Assembly: GCA_938010765.1 (NCBI GenBank)
Contig: CALLVX010000028.1
Coordinates: 394 to 64,393, forward strand
Direction of reading: 5' to 3'
Source: an uncultured Flavobacteriaceae bacterium
Lineage (GTDB): Bacteria; Bacteroidota; Bacteroidia; Flavobacteriales; Flavobacteriaceae
Length of the DNA stretch: 64,000 nucleotides
The notes below the pieces were generated by a model, which was not told the origin of the DNA, made no database searches, and saw nothing but the letters and a program-made list of their open reading frames with translations. Both the position numbers and the translations under genes were made by a program. Numbering within the stretch: the first letter of the stretch is position 1; each line of letters begins with the position of its first letter. Shown piece by piece: positions 49,230 through 60,900 of the stretch.

Positions 49230-50612
49230 CTAGGAAAGTGGTTCCATTGGTGGTTCTTCTTCCCCATCTGCATCTATTTCCAAATCTTGTTCTTGGCGAG
49301 CTTCAAGTGCTTCAGCAGATTCCGTCTCTTCCAAAACCTCCTGTTCCACGTCTCCCTTTTCTCTAAGGGTATCCTCTGCCTTGTTCCTCGCCATCAGTTC
49401 CTCATCGATTTCATCGAGCATAGTGCTCATTTTGCGTTTGTCCTTGATCATGGCCCAGGTCATAATAAGGCTTGTGGCAATTATCACGAAAAGGAGTATC
49501 CCCGATTCAAACGTAGCTATTTGCGCCTGCTTTGGAATCGCGTAGAATAATAATACGGTAATCAATCCCCGTGGAGCGATAAACAACTGAGGTAGAATGT
49601 CGTTTCCGACGAAAATCCTAAGAATGGCAAAACGAATGGCATAGATCGAGGCAATGATCAAGATGCTGACCAAGGCGACATTCAAACTGAACAAGGAAGC
49701 TATTACAATAGTGATCCCAAAAATTACGAAGAAGAACGTACGGATCACGAAGGCCGTTTCTAACGTAATGATGTGCAATTCATGATAAATCTGATGTATA
49801 CGCTCATTCTCTAAAAATATAGCCGTTTTGCCCGGGAAAAAAAGTTTGATGTTTTTGATGATCAATCCGAAAATGAGAATGATAATGAGCGAAGAGAGGT
49901 GTAACTTCTTACCGATGGCATACAATAATAACAAGACCGCAATGAGTAAAAATAGTTTTGCTTGACTCTTGATACGCTGAAAAATCAGGATGATAGCGTA
50001 GCTAGCTACCACCGCAATTATGATGGTAAGAACAATATTTCCGACAAAGCCAGCAACTCCTGAATCTTGTGCCGGGTCAAATTTGGCCGCCAAGAAGTAG
50101 AACATCATGATTCCCATTATGTCTGAAAAGGTGCTCTCATAAATATGAAACTCTTTTTTTGCCTCCGAGAGTCCTCCTACACTGGGAATGATAATGGCGC
50201 TCGACAATATAGATAAAGGGGTGGCGTACAGCCATGCCGATTGCATAGTCATATCGGGAATAAATTGATAGATGACCATCGCGGCGACCCAAGCCGAGGC
50301 TACTAAACCAATTAGGGCGATTGCCATCGATTTTAGGATTGGTACTAACTTATCCCGTTTTAATTCTAGTTCTAAGGCGGCCTCCAATACGATCATAATA
50401 AGCCCTACTGTACCTAATATTTCCAACGAACCGGAAAAGTCCGGTAGGCGCGGAATAAATATTTTCAATACATATTGTAAAATGATCCCCAAAACAATGA
50501 GCATCAATACCGAGGGGATGTTGGTTTTTTTGGAAATGCCATTGAACCAGAACGAAATAATAACGATTACCGATGCGGCAATGATCAAATCAAAGGAGGA
50601 GAGGATGTCCAT
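49230..50612 (-). CDS. Cation:proton antiporter (CPA family) with acidic C-terminal tail
   Basis: About 12-13 TM; YESTFSD; APRGLIT. Confidence 0.85.
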   Translation of the reverse strand: MDILSSFDLIIAASVIVIISFWFNGISKKTNIPSVLMLIVLGIILQYVLKIFIPRLPDFSGSLEILGTVGLIMIVLEAALELELKRDKLVPILKSMAIALIGLVASAWVAAMVIYQFIPDMTMQSAWLYATPLSILSSAIIIPSVGGLSEAKKEFHIYESTFSDIMGIMMFYFLAAKFDPAQDSGVAGFVGNIVLTIIIAVVASYAIILIFQRIKSQAKLFLLIAVLLLLYAIGKKLHLSSLIIILIFGLIIKNIKLFFPGKTAIFLENERIHQIYHELHIITLETAFVIRTFFFVIFGITIVIASLFSLNVALVSILIIASIYAIRFAILRIFVGNDILPQLFIAPRGLITVLLFYAIPKQAQIATFESGILLFVIIATSLIMTWAMIKDKRKMSTMLDEIDEELMARNKAEDTLREKGDVEQEVLEETESAEALEARQEQDLEIDADGEEEPPMEPLS

Positions 50613-50782
50613 AAGGGTTGGTAGTTTATGTGGTATATGTTATAAAATTACTATATAAACCTGAATTTACTTGGCTTATTGTAGGTGTAATTTGATTCGA
50701 TAGTGGTTTATTAGAAGGTGCTGCCTGTTTTTTAGGTAGTTGGAAGGCATTTTAATGGTATTGCGTGAATAAATAAAAAGCG

Positions 50783-50844
50783 TATATTTGCACCACTGAA
50801 AGGATATAAAAGTATTCATGAGGGGACATTAAGTCCTCTTTTTT
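50783..50844 (+). promoter_or_regulatory. rimP operon promoter and terminator-like leader hairpin
   Basis: TATATTTG at 50783 (TTG at 50761); AGGGGAC-ATTAA-GTCCTCT followed by T-run. Confidence 0.65.
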
Positions 50845-50920
50845 ATTTGTAGAACTTTCTTTTTTGTACAAATGACAGTACAAAAAGAACCTATTAATAG
50901 GCCCCCGATACGAAAGCGAG

Positions 50921-51382
50921 ATGTTCAAGAAGAAGGTTACAGAACTTTTAGATGCAGCATTGGAAGAAGATACTTCCTTGTTTCTGGTCGATTTTACCAT
51001 TGGCTTAGATAATAAGATACAAGTAGTATTGGATGGGGACGAAGGGGTGACAGTTCAAGATTGTATGAGAATAAGTAGGGGAATCGAGCATAACCTGGAC
51101 CGTGAAGAAGAAGATTTTTCCCTGGAAGTGGCCTCTGCGGGTGCAGCGGCGCCGATTTTACTGCCGCGGCAGTATAGTAAAAATGTTGGGCGAAAATTGG
51201 CGGTGAGGACCCAAGACGAAAATTTTGAAGGGAATCTCACGGCGATTACCGACAAGGGAATCGTATTGGAGTGGAAAGCAAGGGAACCAAAACCCATAGG
51301 TAAGGGAAAGGTAACCGTGCAGAAAAAAAAGGAAATTGATTTTTCCGACATCAAGGAAGCAAAAGTTATTTTGAAATTTTAA
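50921..51382 (+). CDS. rimP: Ribosome maturation factor RimP
   Basis: DC..ISR, FSLEVASAG; upstream of nusA. Confidence 0.95.
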   Translation: MFKKKVTELLDAALEEDTSLFLVDFTIGLDNKIQVVLDGDEGVTVQDCMRISRGIEHNLDREEEDFSLEVASAGAAAPILLPRQYSKNVGRKLAVRTQDENFEGNLTAITDKGIVLEWKAREPKPIGKGKVTVQKKKEIDFSDIKEAKVILKF

Positions 51383-51392
51383 GTAAAGTAGT

Positions 51393-52625
51393 ATGGAAAA
51401 TATTGCGTTGATCGAGTCTTTCTCGGAATTTAAAGACGACAAATTTATAGATAGGGTGACCCTAATGGCCATTTTGGAAGATGTCTTTAGAAGCGCCCTC
51501 AAAAAGAAATTTGGTTCGGATGAGAACTTTGATATTATTATCAATCCCGATAAAGGGGATTTGGAAATTTGGCGTAATAGGATTGTTGTAGAAGATGGGG
51601 AAGTAGAAGAGCCGAACGAGGAGATTTCGTTGGCCGAGGCACGAAAGATCGAGCCTGATTTTGAAGTAGGTGAGGATGTTTCCGAGGAAGTGAAGCTCAT
51701 CGATTTGGGTAGAAGGGCTATTTTAGCCTTGCGTCAGAACCTGATTTCGAAAATACACGAACATGATAATACCACGATATACAAACAATTCAAGGATTTA
51801 GAAGGAGGAATTTACACAGCTGAAGTGCATCACATTCGTCACAAAGCCGTGATTTTGCTAGATGATGAAGGCAATGAGATCATTTTACCGAAAGACCGCC
51901 AGATACCTTCTGACTTTTTTAGAAAAGGAGATAATGTACGAGGTATTATCGAAAGTGTGGAACTCAAGGGTAGTAAGCCCTCTATTATTATGTCTCGCAG
52001 TTCCCCGAAGTTTTTGGAGCAGTTGTTCTTTCAAGAAATACCTGAGGTATTCGATGGGTTGATTACGGTTAAGAAAGTGGTGCGTATCCCTGGGGAAAAG
52101 GCCAAAGTGGCCGTTGACTCGTATGATGACCGAATAGATCCCGTAGGGGCCTGTGTCGGAATGAAAGGGTCTAGAATACATGGTATCGTACGGGAATTGG
52201 GCAATGAGAATATCGATGTGATCAATTGGACGGCAAATCCGCAGTTAATGGTGACTAGGGCCTTGAGTCCGGCCAGAGTGTCCTCGGTGAAGTTGAACGA
52301 TGAAAAAATGACCGCGCAAGTCTATTTAAAGCCAGAGGAAGTGTCAAAGGCGATCGGTCGCGGAGGGCACAACATTCGCTTGGCAGGTCAATTAACAGGT
52401 TATGAAATAGATGTCTTCAGAGAAGGTGTTGAGGAAGATGTGGAATTAACAGAATTTTCCGATGAAATCGATGCGTGGATCATCGAGGAATTCAAGAAAA
52501 TTGGCATGGACACCGCCAGAAGTATATTGGAACAGGATGTCAGCGAGTTGGTGAAACGAACCGATCTCGAGGAAGAAACCATAGCAGAAGTTGTGCGTAT
52601 ACTAAAAGAAGAATTAGAAGATTAG
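51393..52625 (+). CDS. nusA: Transcription termination/antitermination factor NusA
   Basis: S1 and KH domains; IDPVGACVGMKGSRI; AIGRGGHN. Confidence 0.98.
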   Translation: MENIALIESFSEFKDDKFIDRVTLMAILEDVFRSALKKKFGSDENFDIIINPDKGDLEIWRNRIVVEDGEVEEPNEEISLAEARKIEPDFEVGEDVSEEVKLIDLGRRAILALRQNLISKIHEHDNTTIYKQFKDLEGGIYTAEVHHIRHKAVILLDDEGNEIILPKDRQIPSDFFRKGDNVRGIIESVELKGSKPSIIMSRSSPKFLEQLFFQEIPEVFDGLITVKKVVRIPGEKAKVAVDSYDDRIDPVGACVGMKGSRIHGIVRELGNENIDVINWTANPQLMVTRALSPARVSSVKLNDEKMTAQVYLKPEEVSKAIGRGGHNIRLAGQLTGYEIDVFREGVEEDVELTEFSDEIDAWIIEEFKKIGMDTARSILEQDVSELVKRTDLEEETIAEVVRILKEELED

Positions 52626-52666
52626 CTATATTAGCGGCGAATTAAGGAATTTACGGAATACAATTT

Positions 52667-55450
52667 ATGTCAGAGAATGCAAGAATAAGGCTTAACAAGG
52701 TCCTTCGGGAGCTAAATATTTCGTTGGATAGAGCGGTCGACTATCTTGCCTCAAAAGGTCACACTATAGAGGCTAGGCCAACGACAAAGATTTCCGATGA
52801 GGTATATCAGGTGCTCCAAGACGAGTTCCAGACCGATATGAGCAAGAAAGTTGCATCAAAAGAGGTAGGGGAAGAAAAGCGAAAGGAGAAAGAAGCTATA
52901 AGGGTCCGTTTGGAACAAGAGCAAGAAGATCGGCGCGTAGAACGGGAAAAGAGAGCTGCGGGGTCAGAAAGGGTTATTAAGGCCAAAGCGGAGCTGGCCG
53001 GTCCTAAAACGGTTGGTAAGATTGATTTGGATGCAGGTAAAAAACCAGCTGCCAAAACAGAAGTGAAGCCGGTTGCTGTGGAGGAAAAACCTGTTCTTGA
53101 GAAGGCAGGTCCAGTTGTTGAGAAAGAAGCCTCGGTTGTTGCAGAGGAAAAAGTTGTGGCACCAGAGAAACCTGTAGAAGCGAAACCAGTAGTAGAGGCC
53201 GAGACCAAAACCAAAGAGGAAACGGTAGAAGCGAAGAAAGAGGAGGTCTCCGGGGAAAAAAGTGAAGATGCTTCATCAGAAGTGCCAGAAAAAATTACCA
53301 CGCAATATCAGAAGCTTTCCGGGCCAAAGATTATGGGCGATAAAATTGATCTTGCCAAATTTGCCAAACCTAAAAAGAAAAAAGAAGAAGCAAAACCGGC
53401 AGAAGGAGCAGGAGCCGATAGAAAGAAGCGCAGGAAAAGAATCATTAGTAAAACAGGCGGTTCTGGTGGTGATCGTAGCCGTCCCGCGCAACGAAAAGGA
53501 GTAGGTCAGCGTTTTGGAGCTCCCAAGGTAGAACCTTCAGAGGAGGATGTACAGAAGCAGGTGCGCGAAACCTTGGAGAAATTACAAGGCAAGTCCAAAA
53601 AAGGGAAAGGTGCCAAATACCGTAGAGATAAACGGGATCAACACCGTCAACAGACCGAAAAAGATCTTGAGCAGCAAGAACTTGAAAATAAGATTTTAAA
53701 GGTAACGGAGTTTGTGACCGCTAGTGAGGTGGCAACAATGATGAATGTTTCTACTACCGATATTATATCTGCATGTATGTCATTGGGTATGATGGTGACC
53801 ATGAATCAACGTTTGGATGCTGAAACACTTTCTATAGTTGCCGATGAATTCGGGTACGAAGTCGAGTTTGTAACCGCAGAAATCGATGAGGCGATCGAAG
53901 AGGCCGAAGATGCACCGGAAGATTTGAAGGGAAGAGCACCGATCGTAACCGTAATGGGTCACGTAGATCACGGTAAGACCTCTTTTTTGGATTATGTGAG
54001 GGAGGCAAATGTAATCGCCGGCGAAAGTGGCGGTATTACACAACACATTGGCGCGTATGGCGTAACATTGGAAGATGGGCAAACCATTACCTTTTTAGAT
54101 ACACCGGGTCACGAAGCGTTTACCGCGATGCGTGCAAGGGGTGCGCAGGTAACCGATATTGCGGTGATTGTTATCGCCGCCGATGATGATATTATGCCAC
54201 AAACCAAGGAGGCGATCAGCCATGCGCAAGCAGCTGGGGTGCCCATGGTATTTGCGATCAATAAAATAGATAGGCCTACCGCCAATCCCGATAAGATTAA
54301 AGAGGGCCTTGCCCAAATGAATCTATTGGTAGAAGATTGGGGAGGTAAGATACAATCGCACGACATCTCTGCCAAAACGGGTGCAGGTGTTAAAGAGCTG
54401 TTGGAAAAGGTATTACTCGAAGCTGAATTGCTCGAGTTGCAGGCGAATCCCGATAAGTTGGCCTCCGGTACGGTGGTCGAAGCCTTTTTGGATAAAGGCC
54501 GTGGTTATGTTTCGACGATTTTAGTGCAAGGTGGTACGCTTAATATTGGTGATTATGTGCTTGCGGGAACCCATAGCGGAAAGATTAAAGCGATGCACGA
54601 TGAGCGTGGCAACGAAGTGAAAGTGGCGGGGCCTGCTACACCGGTATCTATTCTCGGTTTGGATGGTGCTCCTCAAGCAGGTGATAAATTCAATGTGCTT
54701 GCCGATGAACGCGAAGCAAAACAGATCGCTTCCAAAAGAGCACAGTTGTTCCGTGAGCAATCGGTGCGTACACAACGTCATATTACGTTGGATGAAATCG
54801 GAAGAAGAATTGCCTTGGGTGACTTTAAAGAGCTTAACATTATCCTTAAGGGAGATGTTGATGGTTCTGTGGAAGCCTTGGTCGACTCGTTCCAGAAGCT
54901 TTCTACCGAAGAAATTCAAGTAAATATTATTCATAAAGGGGTAGGTGCGATAACCGAATCTGATGTGTTGTTGGCCTCGGCTTCCGATGCAATTATTATC
55001 GGGTTCAACGTGCGGCCTATGGGTAATGCTAGAGATATCGCCGACAAGGAAGAAATCGATGTACGTATGTATTCGATTATCTACGATGCGATCAATGACT
55101 TGAAAGATGCAATGGAAGGGATGCTGTCTCCAGAAATTAAGGAGGAAATCACCGGAAATGCTGAAATTAGAGAAACCTTCAAGATTTCGAAAGTGGGTAC
55201 CATTGCAGGTTGTATGGTAACTAGTGGAAAGATTTTTCGAAATGCAGGTATTCGTTTAATTCGCGATGGCGTGGTGGTTTATACAGGTGAGCTAACCTCC
55301 TTGAAACGTTTCAAAGACGACGCGAAAGAAGTGGCGAAAGGCTACGATTGTGGTCTGCAGATCAAGAACTACAATGACATTCATATAGGGGATATTGTAG
55401 AATCTTTCCAAGAAGTAGCCATTAAGAAGAAATTGAAATCAAAAGGATAG
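52667..55450 (+). CDS. infB: Translation initiation factor IF-2
   Basis: [20 protein letters not shown]. Confidence 0.98.
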   Translation: MSENARIRLNKVLRELNISLDRAVDYLASKGHTIEARPTTKISDEVYQVLQDEFQTDMSKKVASKEVGEEKRKEKEAIRVRLEQEQEDRRVEREKRAAGSERVIKAKAELAGPKTVGKIDLDAGKKPAAKTEVKPVAVEEKPVLEKAGPVVEKEASVVAEEKVVAPEKPVEAKPVVEAETKTKEETVEAKKEEVSGEKSEDASSEVPEKITTQYQKLSGPKIMGDKIDLAKFAKPKKKKEEAKPAEGAGADRKKRRKRIISKTGGSGGDRSRPAQRKGVGQRFGAPKVEPSEEDVQKQVRETLEKLQGKSKKGKGAKYRRDKRDQHRQQTEKDLEQQELENKILKVTEFVTASEVATMMNVSTTDIISACMSLGMMVTMNQRLDAETLSIVADEFGYEVEFVTAEIDEAIEEAEDAPEDLKGRAPIVTVMGHVDHGKTSFLDYVREANVIAGESGGITQHIGAYGVTLEDGQTITFLDTPGHEAFTAMRARGAQVTDIAVIVIAADDDIMPQTKEAISHAQAAGVPMVFAINKIDRPTANPDKIKEGLAQMNLLVEDWGGKIQSHDISAKTGAGVKELLEKVLLEAELLELQANPDKLASGTVVEAFLDKGRGYVSTILVQGGTLNIGDYVLAGTHSGKIKAMHDERGNEVKVAGPATPVSILGLDGAPQAGDKFNVLADEREAKQIASKRAQLFREQSVRTQRHITLDEIGRRIALGDFKELNIILKGDVDGSVEALVDSFQKLSTEEIQVNIIHKGVGAITESDVLLASASDAIIIGFNVRPMGNARDIADKEEIDVRMYSIIYDAINDLKDAMEGMLSPEIKEEITGNAEIRETFKISKVGTIAGCMVTSGKIFRNAGIRLIRDGVVVYTGELTSLKRFKDDAKEVAKGYDCGLQIKNYNDIHIGDIVESFQEVAIKKKLKSKG

Positions 55451-55502
55451 GAAACTGTTTGTGATTGTCGGCACAAGAAAAATCGATGTACTATTCAAAA
55501 TA

Positions 55503-55536
55503 TAAAAATCCCCGATGCATGCATCGGGGATTTTTA
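55503..55536. terminator. Perfect 34-bp palindrome, probable terminator after infB
   Basis: TAAAAATCCCCGATGCA|TGCATCGGGGATTTTTA. Confidence 0.85.
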
Positions 55537-55684
55537 GTTGGTTTAACTCGATGCTCAAGATTTCCATGCTCTAAAGCTTGCGCTGAACCCGGATGATAAA
55601 TTTCCTTTTACCGCATCGCGAAGTTGATTGATAGGTGGTAAGCGAATTTGAAGTTTCGCCCAACGATTTATCTATGTAAAAGTT

Positions 55685-55811
55685 TTTACTCGATCATCGA
55701 GATTTATAATGCTCGGACGCCAGAATGACGAGTAGTGTTCAGACCGGCCTGCGTCGAAATCAAGGTTAACTTTCCTTTTAATGCCTCGTGGGCTCGCCCC
55801 GAAGTAGTTTA
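55685..55811. repeat. ~125-bp multi-hairpin interspersed element, copy 2
   Basis: Same orientation as, and colinear with, 27714..27838. Confidence 0.85.
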
Positions 55812-55877
55812 ATGCTGCGCGTTAAACTAGCTAGGTGCTTTTATAGTCAAAAGATGCTGAAGATGATCTTGGTGTTG

Positions 55878-56249
55878 TTAGCGTTTGGACTTTTTGGGTT
55901 TCAACAACATGGCATCGGGGTATTTCTGTCGTACTTCCTTGAACTTCCTCTCTGCCTGAATGCGGGTTTTGAACCTGCCGATTCGTACCCGATAGGTAGG
56001 AGAATCAAAATCAATTTTAGATGGCATTAACGGGAAGTCTTGTTCTACCGAAGCTTTGATCCGATTTGCTTTGGCCAATGATCCAAAGCCTACTTGAATC
56101 CGATAGTATTCCGCGTTTGAAAGTACAGATTCGTACACCTCGAGCAGTTGGTCTATTTTTTCATCTTGTTGAACGTTTACCCTTCCTTTTTGAGCATTTG
56201 TAAAACTCATACAAAAGACTGTGAGAGCTATGTAGACTAGTATTTTCAT
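55878..56249 (-). CDS. SPOR domain protein
   Basis: Signal peptide; YRIQV, PTYRVRIGRF.TR..AE. Confidence 0.85.
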   Translation of the reverse strand: MKILVYIALTVFCMSFTNAQKGRVNVQQDEKIDQLLEVYESVLSNAEYYRIQVGFGSLAKANRIKASVEQDFPLMPSKIDFDSPTYRVRIGRFKTRIQAERKFKEVRQKYPDAMLLKPKKSKR

Positions 56250-56324
56250 GAAAGTCACTGTGTTAGGTGAAAAAGTTAAAACAAAAGTAATTTTTTAGTG
56301 TTTAAAGAGAAACAAATTTAGATT

Positions 56325-56343
56325 ATTTAGAATAATTATAAAT
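56325..56343. promoter_or_regulatory. Candidate Fur/iron-box-like palindrome upstream of act operon
   Basis: ATTTAGAATAATTATAAAT between divergent promoters (56282-56289 minus; TATTTTTG 56390-56397 plus). Confidence 0.4.
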
Positions 56344-56489
56344 TGTAAATTATCAATACGTTAAGATTTTCCAAATAAAGTCTATGTCGTATTTTTGCAT
56401 GCAATTTGGGTAGTGATAAAACCAACCTGTGATCAATTACTTAGTTATAGGAAAAATCATACCAAGATTAGGATTGAAATATGCTACTT

Positions 56490-57866
56490 ATGAGAAAGGT
56501 TCTGTACCGCAATCAACTTACCAAGCTGTCTGGTGTAAGTCTTTTAGTTTTCTTGTTTTTTACCCTTTCCGTCTTTTCTCAAGAAGAGGCCGTTGTTGCT
56601 GAGCCGGCCGCTGTAGAGGCGACCGATGCTTCTGCAGGTGGGGATACTGCCAAAGGGAAGGCACTTTTTAATCAAAACTGTGCCTCTTGCCATGCCTTGG
56701 ATCGTAAAATGACCGGTCCTGCACTTCGAAATGTAGAGGCGCGTTTGGCCAATGATGCAGGTTTAGATCGTGAGTGGATCTACAAATGGGTCAAGAACAG
56801 CCCTGGTATGATTAAATCAGGGGATTCCTATGCGGTGAAAATTTACAACGAATACAGTCAAGCGGCAATGACCGCATTTCCTACCCTTTCAAACGGGGAT
56901 ATTGACAATATTTTGGCCTATACGGCTGCGCCACCGCCGGTTGTGGTGAATAGTCCTGAAGGTCCAAAAGGGCCTGAGGTTTCAGAGCAAGGCGGAATCT
57001 CGAACAATGTAATTCTTGGTGCCTTGGCATTGGTCTTTGGAATGTTGGTATTGCTATTGTTCTCAGTGAACAAAACCCTTCGAAGGGTTATGGAAGCCAA
57101 CGGCATTGCGGTTGAAGAAGATGAGAAGGCCCAAAAGCGCACACCAATTTGGAAGGCCTTTGCGCAGAACCAGTTTTTGGTATTGGTGACTGCTATATTC
57201 CTGCTATTGGGAAGTGCTTATTTTGCCTATGGTTGGATGATGCAGGTAGGGGTGGATCAAGGGTACGCTCCGATCCAACCGATTCACTATTCGCACAAGG
57301 TGCATGCGGGGGATAATAAAATTGAATGTAAGTATTGTCACTCATCGGCACGGGTGTCCAAGCATTCCGGGATTCCTTCTTTAAACGTGTGTATGAACTG
57401 TCATAAGTCCATCTACGAATACAAGGGGAATGCCGAAGGTCCTAGTCAAGAGGATATTGCCAATGGGTATACCAACGAATTCTACACCAAAGAAATCAAA
57501 AAACTATATAAAGCCGTCGGTTGGGACGAGGACAATCAAAAGTACACCGGTGAAAGTCAGCCGGTAGAATGGGTTCGAATTCATAACCTTCCCGATTTTG
57601 CGTATTTCAACCATTCGCAACACGTTGAGGTGGGGCAGATTGAATGTCAGACCTGTCATGGCCCAGTTGAGGAAATGGAAATTATGTATCAGTTTTCTCC
57701 GCTTACGATGGGTTGGTGTGTCAACTGTCACAGAGAAACCAATGTGCAAACAGATGGTAATGCGTATTACGCGAAAATACACGAAGAACTTTCTAAGAAA
57801 TATGGTGTTGAAACCCTGACTGTTGCCCAAATGGGTGGATTGGAATGTGGGAAATGCCACTATTAA
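56490..57866 (+). CDS. actA: Alternative complex III ActA, hexaheme c-type cytochrome
   Basis: Six CxxCH: CASCH, CKYCH, CMNCH, CQTCH, CVNCH, CGKCH. Confidence 0.92.
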   Translation: MRKVLYRNQLTKLSGVSLLVFLFFTLSVFSQEEAVVAEPAAVEATDASAGGDTAKGKALFNQNCASCHALDRKMTGPALRNVEARLANDAGLDREWIYKWVKNSPGMIKSGDSYAVKIYNEYSQAAMTAFPTLSNGDIDNILAYTAAPPPVVVNSPEGPKGPEVSEQGGISNNVILGALALVFGMLVLLLFSVNKTLRRVMEANGIAVEEDEKAQKRTPIWKAFAQNQFLVLVTAIFLLLGSAYFAYGWMMQVGVDQGYAPIQPIHYSHKVHAGDNKIECKYCHSSARVSKHSGIPSLNVCMNCHKSIYEYKGNAEGPSQEDIANGYTNEFYTKEIKKLYKAVGWDEDNQKYTGESQPVEWVRIHNLPDFAYFNHSQHVEVGQIECQTCHGPVEEMEIMYQFSPLTMGWCVNCHRETNVQTDGNAYYAKIHEELSKKYGVETLTVAQMGGLECGKCHY

Positions 57867-57900
57867 TACAAACGAAAAGCAGCTAATTACAGATATACGT

Positions 57901-60900
57901 ATGGCATCAAACAAAAAATATTGGAAAAACGAAGCGGAGCTTAATCCGAACGATTCCATTGTTGAGGCGCTAAAGCAGAACGAATTTGTAGAAGAAATTC
58001 CTGTGGATGAGTTTTTGGGAGACAAAGAGAAATTGGAGTCGACCAATACCAACCGAAGGGATTTTTTAAAGTACGTTGGCTTTAGTACCGCAGCGGCCAC
58101 GGTGGCTGCCTGCGAGGGTCCGGTTATCAAATCCATTCCCTATGTAGTGCAGCCCGATAGAATCGTGCCGGGAGTTGCCAACTATTATGCGACCACCATT
58201 GCGAACGGTTTCGATTTTGCAAGTGTGTTGATCAAAACACGCGAAGGTCGCCCCATTAAGGTAGAGAACAATACCGATGCTAAAGTGGGTGGTTGTGGAA
58301 ATGCACGGGTACAGGCGTCTGTTTTGGGTTTGTATGATAGTACGCGATTGCAAGGTCCTATGATGAATGGGGAGGCGGCAAGTTGGGATGATCTTGACAG
58401 TGCCGTTAAGTCACAGCTTGGTGTTGGCAAGCAAACTGTTTTGTTGACCCAGACGTACGCGAGTCCTTCTACAGAGCGTTTGATTACCGAGTTCAAGGTC
58501 AAATATGGTAATGTAAGTCATGTAGTTTATGATGCTATTTCCGAGGATGCCGCACTGACTGCTTTTGAAGCGCGTTATGGTGAAAGAGCCTTGGTTGATT
58601 ACGATTTTGAGAAAGCCGAGACCATTGTTTCTTTTGGAGCCGATTTCTTGTCGGACTGGCAAGGCGGAGGTTATGATGTTGGATATTCAAAAGGGCGTGT
58701 GCCAAAGAATGGTAAGATGTCACGACATATTCAGTTTGAGGCAAATATGTCTCTTACCGGTGCCAATGCCGATAAGCGTGTGCCGTTGACACCTTCGATG
58801 CAGATGATCGCCTTGGCGAAGTTATATGCAAAACTAAACGGAACCAATGTGGGAGGTGAATTGCCTCAGGCTGCAGAGATGGCCATTGATGGCGCGATTG
58901 CCCAAATCCGTAAAAATAAATCGGGAGCCGTTGTGGTGACCGGGTTGGACGATACCAACGCCCAGTCTGTAGTATTGGCTATTAACGAACTATTGGGGAG
59001 CAAGGCATTTGATGCCAAAGCGCCTCGCTATATAAGACAGGGAAATAACAAAGCGGTCAACACCTTGGTGGCCGATATGAAGGCCGGTAAGGTCGGTGCC
59101 TTGATTATGGATGGGGTAAATCCTGCTTATAGTCTTCCGAATGCATCTGATTTTGCTGAAGGTATAGCGAATGTAGGTTTGTCGGTATTGTTTTCTATGA
59201 ACTACAATGAAACTGCCGAACTTTCGGAATATACAGCCGCCTCTAACCACTATTTGGAATCCTGGGGCGACGTACAAATCAAAAAAGGACATTACAGTCT
59301 CATGCAGCCAACGATTCGTGAGTTGTTCGATACGCGTCAGTTGCAAACTTCCCTTTTGAAGTGGATGGGAAGTGATAAGAGCTATTACGATTATGTCAAA
59401 GAAACTTGGAGCACTTTTGTCTTGAACGGAGGTGATTGGAATAAAGCATTGCACGATGGTGTTTTTGTTGCAGAATCTGGAACGACCATGGAGGTTGTCG
59501 AGACAGTAACTGATCCTGTGATGGTGATAACAGATGCTGATAAAGAGGTAGAGGTAACAGGGCTTGATGAATTGATTCAGGAAGAAGCACCAGTTTCAGT
59601 TGTTTCGATCGATGCTGCTATACGAAGTTTGACAAACGCCAATGCAGGGGGAATGGAACTTACCTTGTATTCAAAAGTAGGAATGGGAGATGGTCAACAA
59701 GCCAGCAACCCTTGGTTGCAAGAATTTCCTGATCCTATTACCCGTGTTTCATGGGATAATTATATTACGGTTTCCAAATCGGATGCCGTGTCAAAAGGCT
59801 TTGTTAATTATAATGTTGCCAATGGCGGTTTAGATGGTAGTTATGCCAATGTAACGGTAAATGGGGTGACCGTTAACAATGTTCCGGTCATCATTCAGCC
59901 TGGTCAGGCCAACGGGTCTGTTGGTTTGTCTTTGGGATATGGTAAAAAAACCGGGATGAAGGCAGAGATGCAAACCGGTGTAAATGCCTATCCGTTGTAT
60001 CAAGATTTTAAGAATATCCAATCCGTGACTATTGAGAAAGCTGAGGGTAATCATGAATTTGCCTGTATACAGTTGCATAAGACATTGATGGGTAGAGGGG
60101 ATATTATCAAGGAAACTTCTTTAGAGATATTTAACACTAAGAACCATGCCGAGTGGAACGTTCAGCCGGTGGTTTCGTTAAATCATCAAGAAGTTCCTGC
60201 TACTTCAGTAGATTTATGGGATAGTTTTGATCGTTCGATCGGGCATCACTTCAATATGTCGATTGATTTAAACGCCTGTACAGGTTGTGGAGCTTGTGTA
60301 ATCGCTTGCCATGCCGAGAACAATGTGCCTGTTGTTGGGAAAGAAGAAGTAAGAAAATCTAGAGATATGCACTGGTTGCGTATTGACCGGTACTATTCTT
60401 CGGAAGATACTTTTGAACAGGATGATATCAAAAAAGATGAATTCGATGGTCTATGGGGCGATAAAGGTTCTTTGGCAGGTTTTGAGGAGTTAGAAGATCC
60501 TTCTGCCAATCCACAAGTGGCCTTTCAACCGGTGATGTGCCAGCATTGTAACCATGCACCTTGTGAAACGGTTTGTCCCGTGGCGGCAACTTCGCATGGT
60601 CGCCAAGGACAGAATCAAATGGCATACAATAGATGTGTTGGTACAAGATATTGTGCAAACAACTGTCCGTATAAAGTACGTCGTTTTAACTGGTTTCTTT
60701 ACAATAACAATGATGAGTTCGATTACAATATGAACAACGATTTGGGTAAAATGGTTATCAACCCAGATGTAAATGTACGTTCTCGTGGTGTCATTGAAAA
60801 ATGTTCGATGTGTATACAAATGACGCAAAAGACCATTTTAGATGCCAAGCGCGAAGGTCGCGTGATTGAGGATGGGGAATTCCAGACCGCTTGTTCTTCT

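Noticed and set aside
49179-49550. 123-aa ORF after tRNA-Gln, and tRNA as an integration site
   Set aside because: ORF is antisense to the antiporter and crosses the terminator; no integrase or duplicated tRNA 3' end seen.
55537-55684. Possible gene remnant between infB terminator and repeat copy 2 (also 45330-45525)
   Set aside because: The frames I translated by hand gave no recognisable motif.
55788-56030. 80-aa plus-strand ORF
   Set aside because: Starts inside the repeat element and overlaps the SPOR gene antisense; no recognisable motif.
57823-57900. Longer ActB N-terminus overlapping actA
   Set aside because: ATG 57901 (MASNKKYWK) gives the typical start without overlap.
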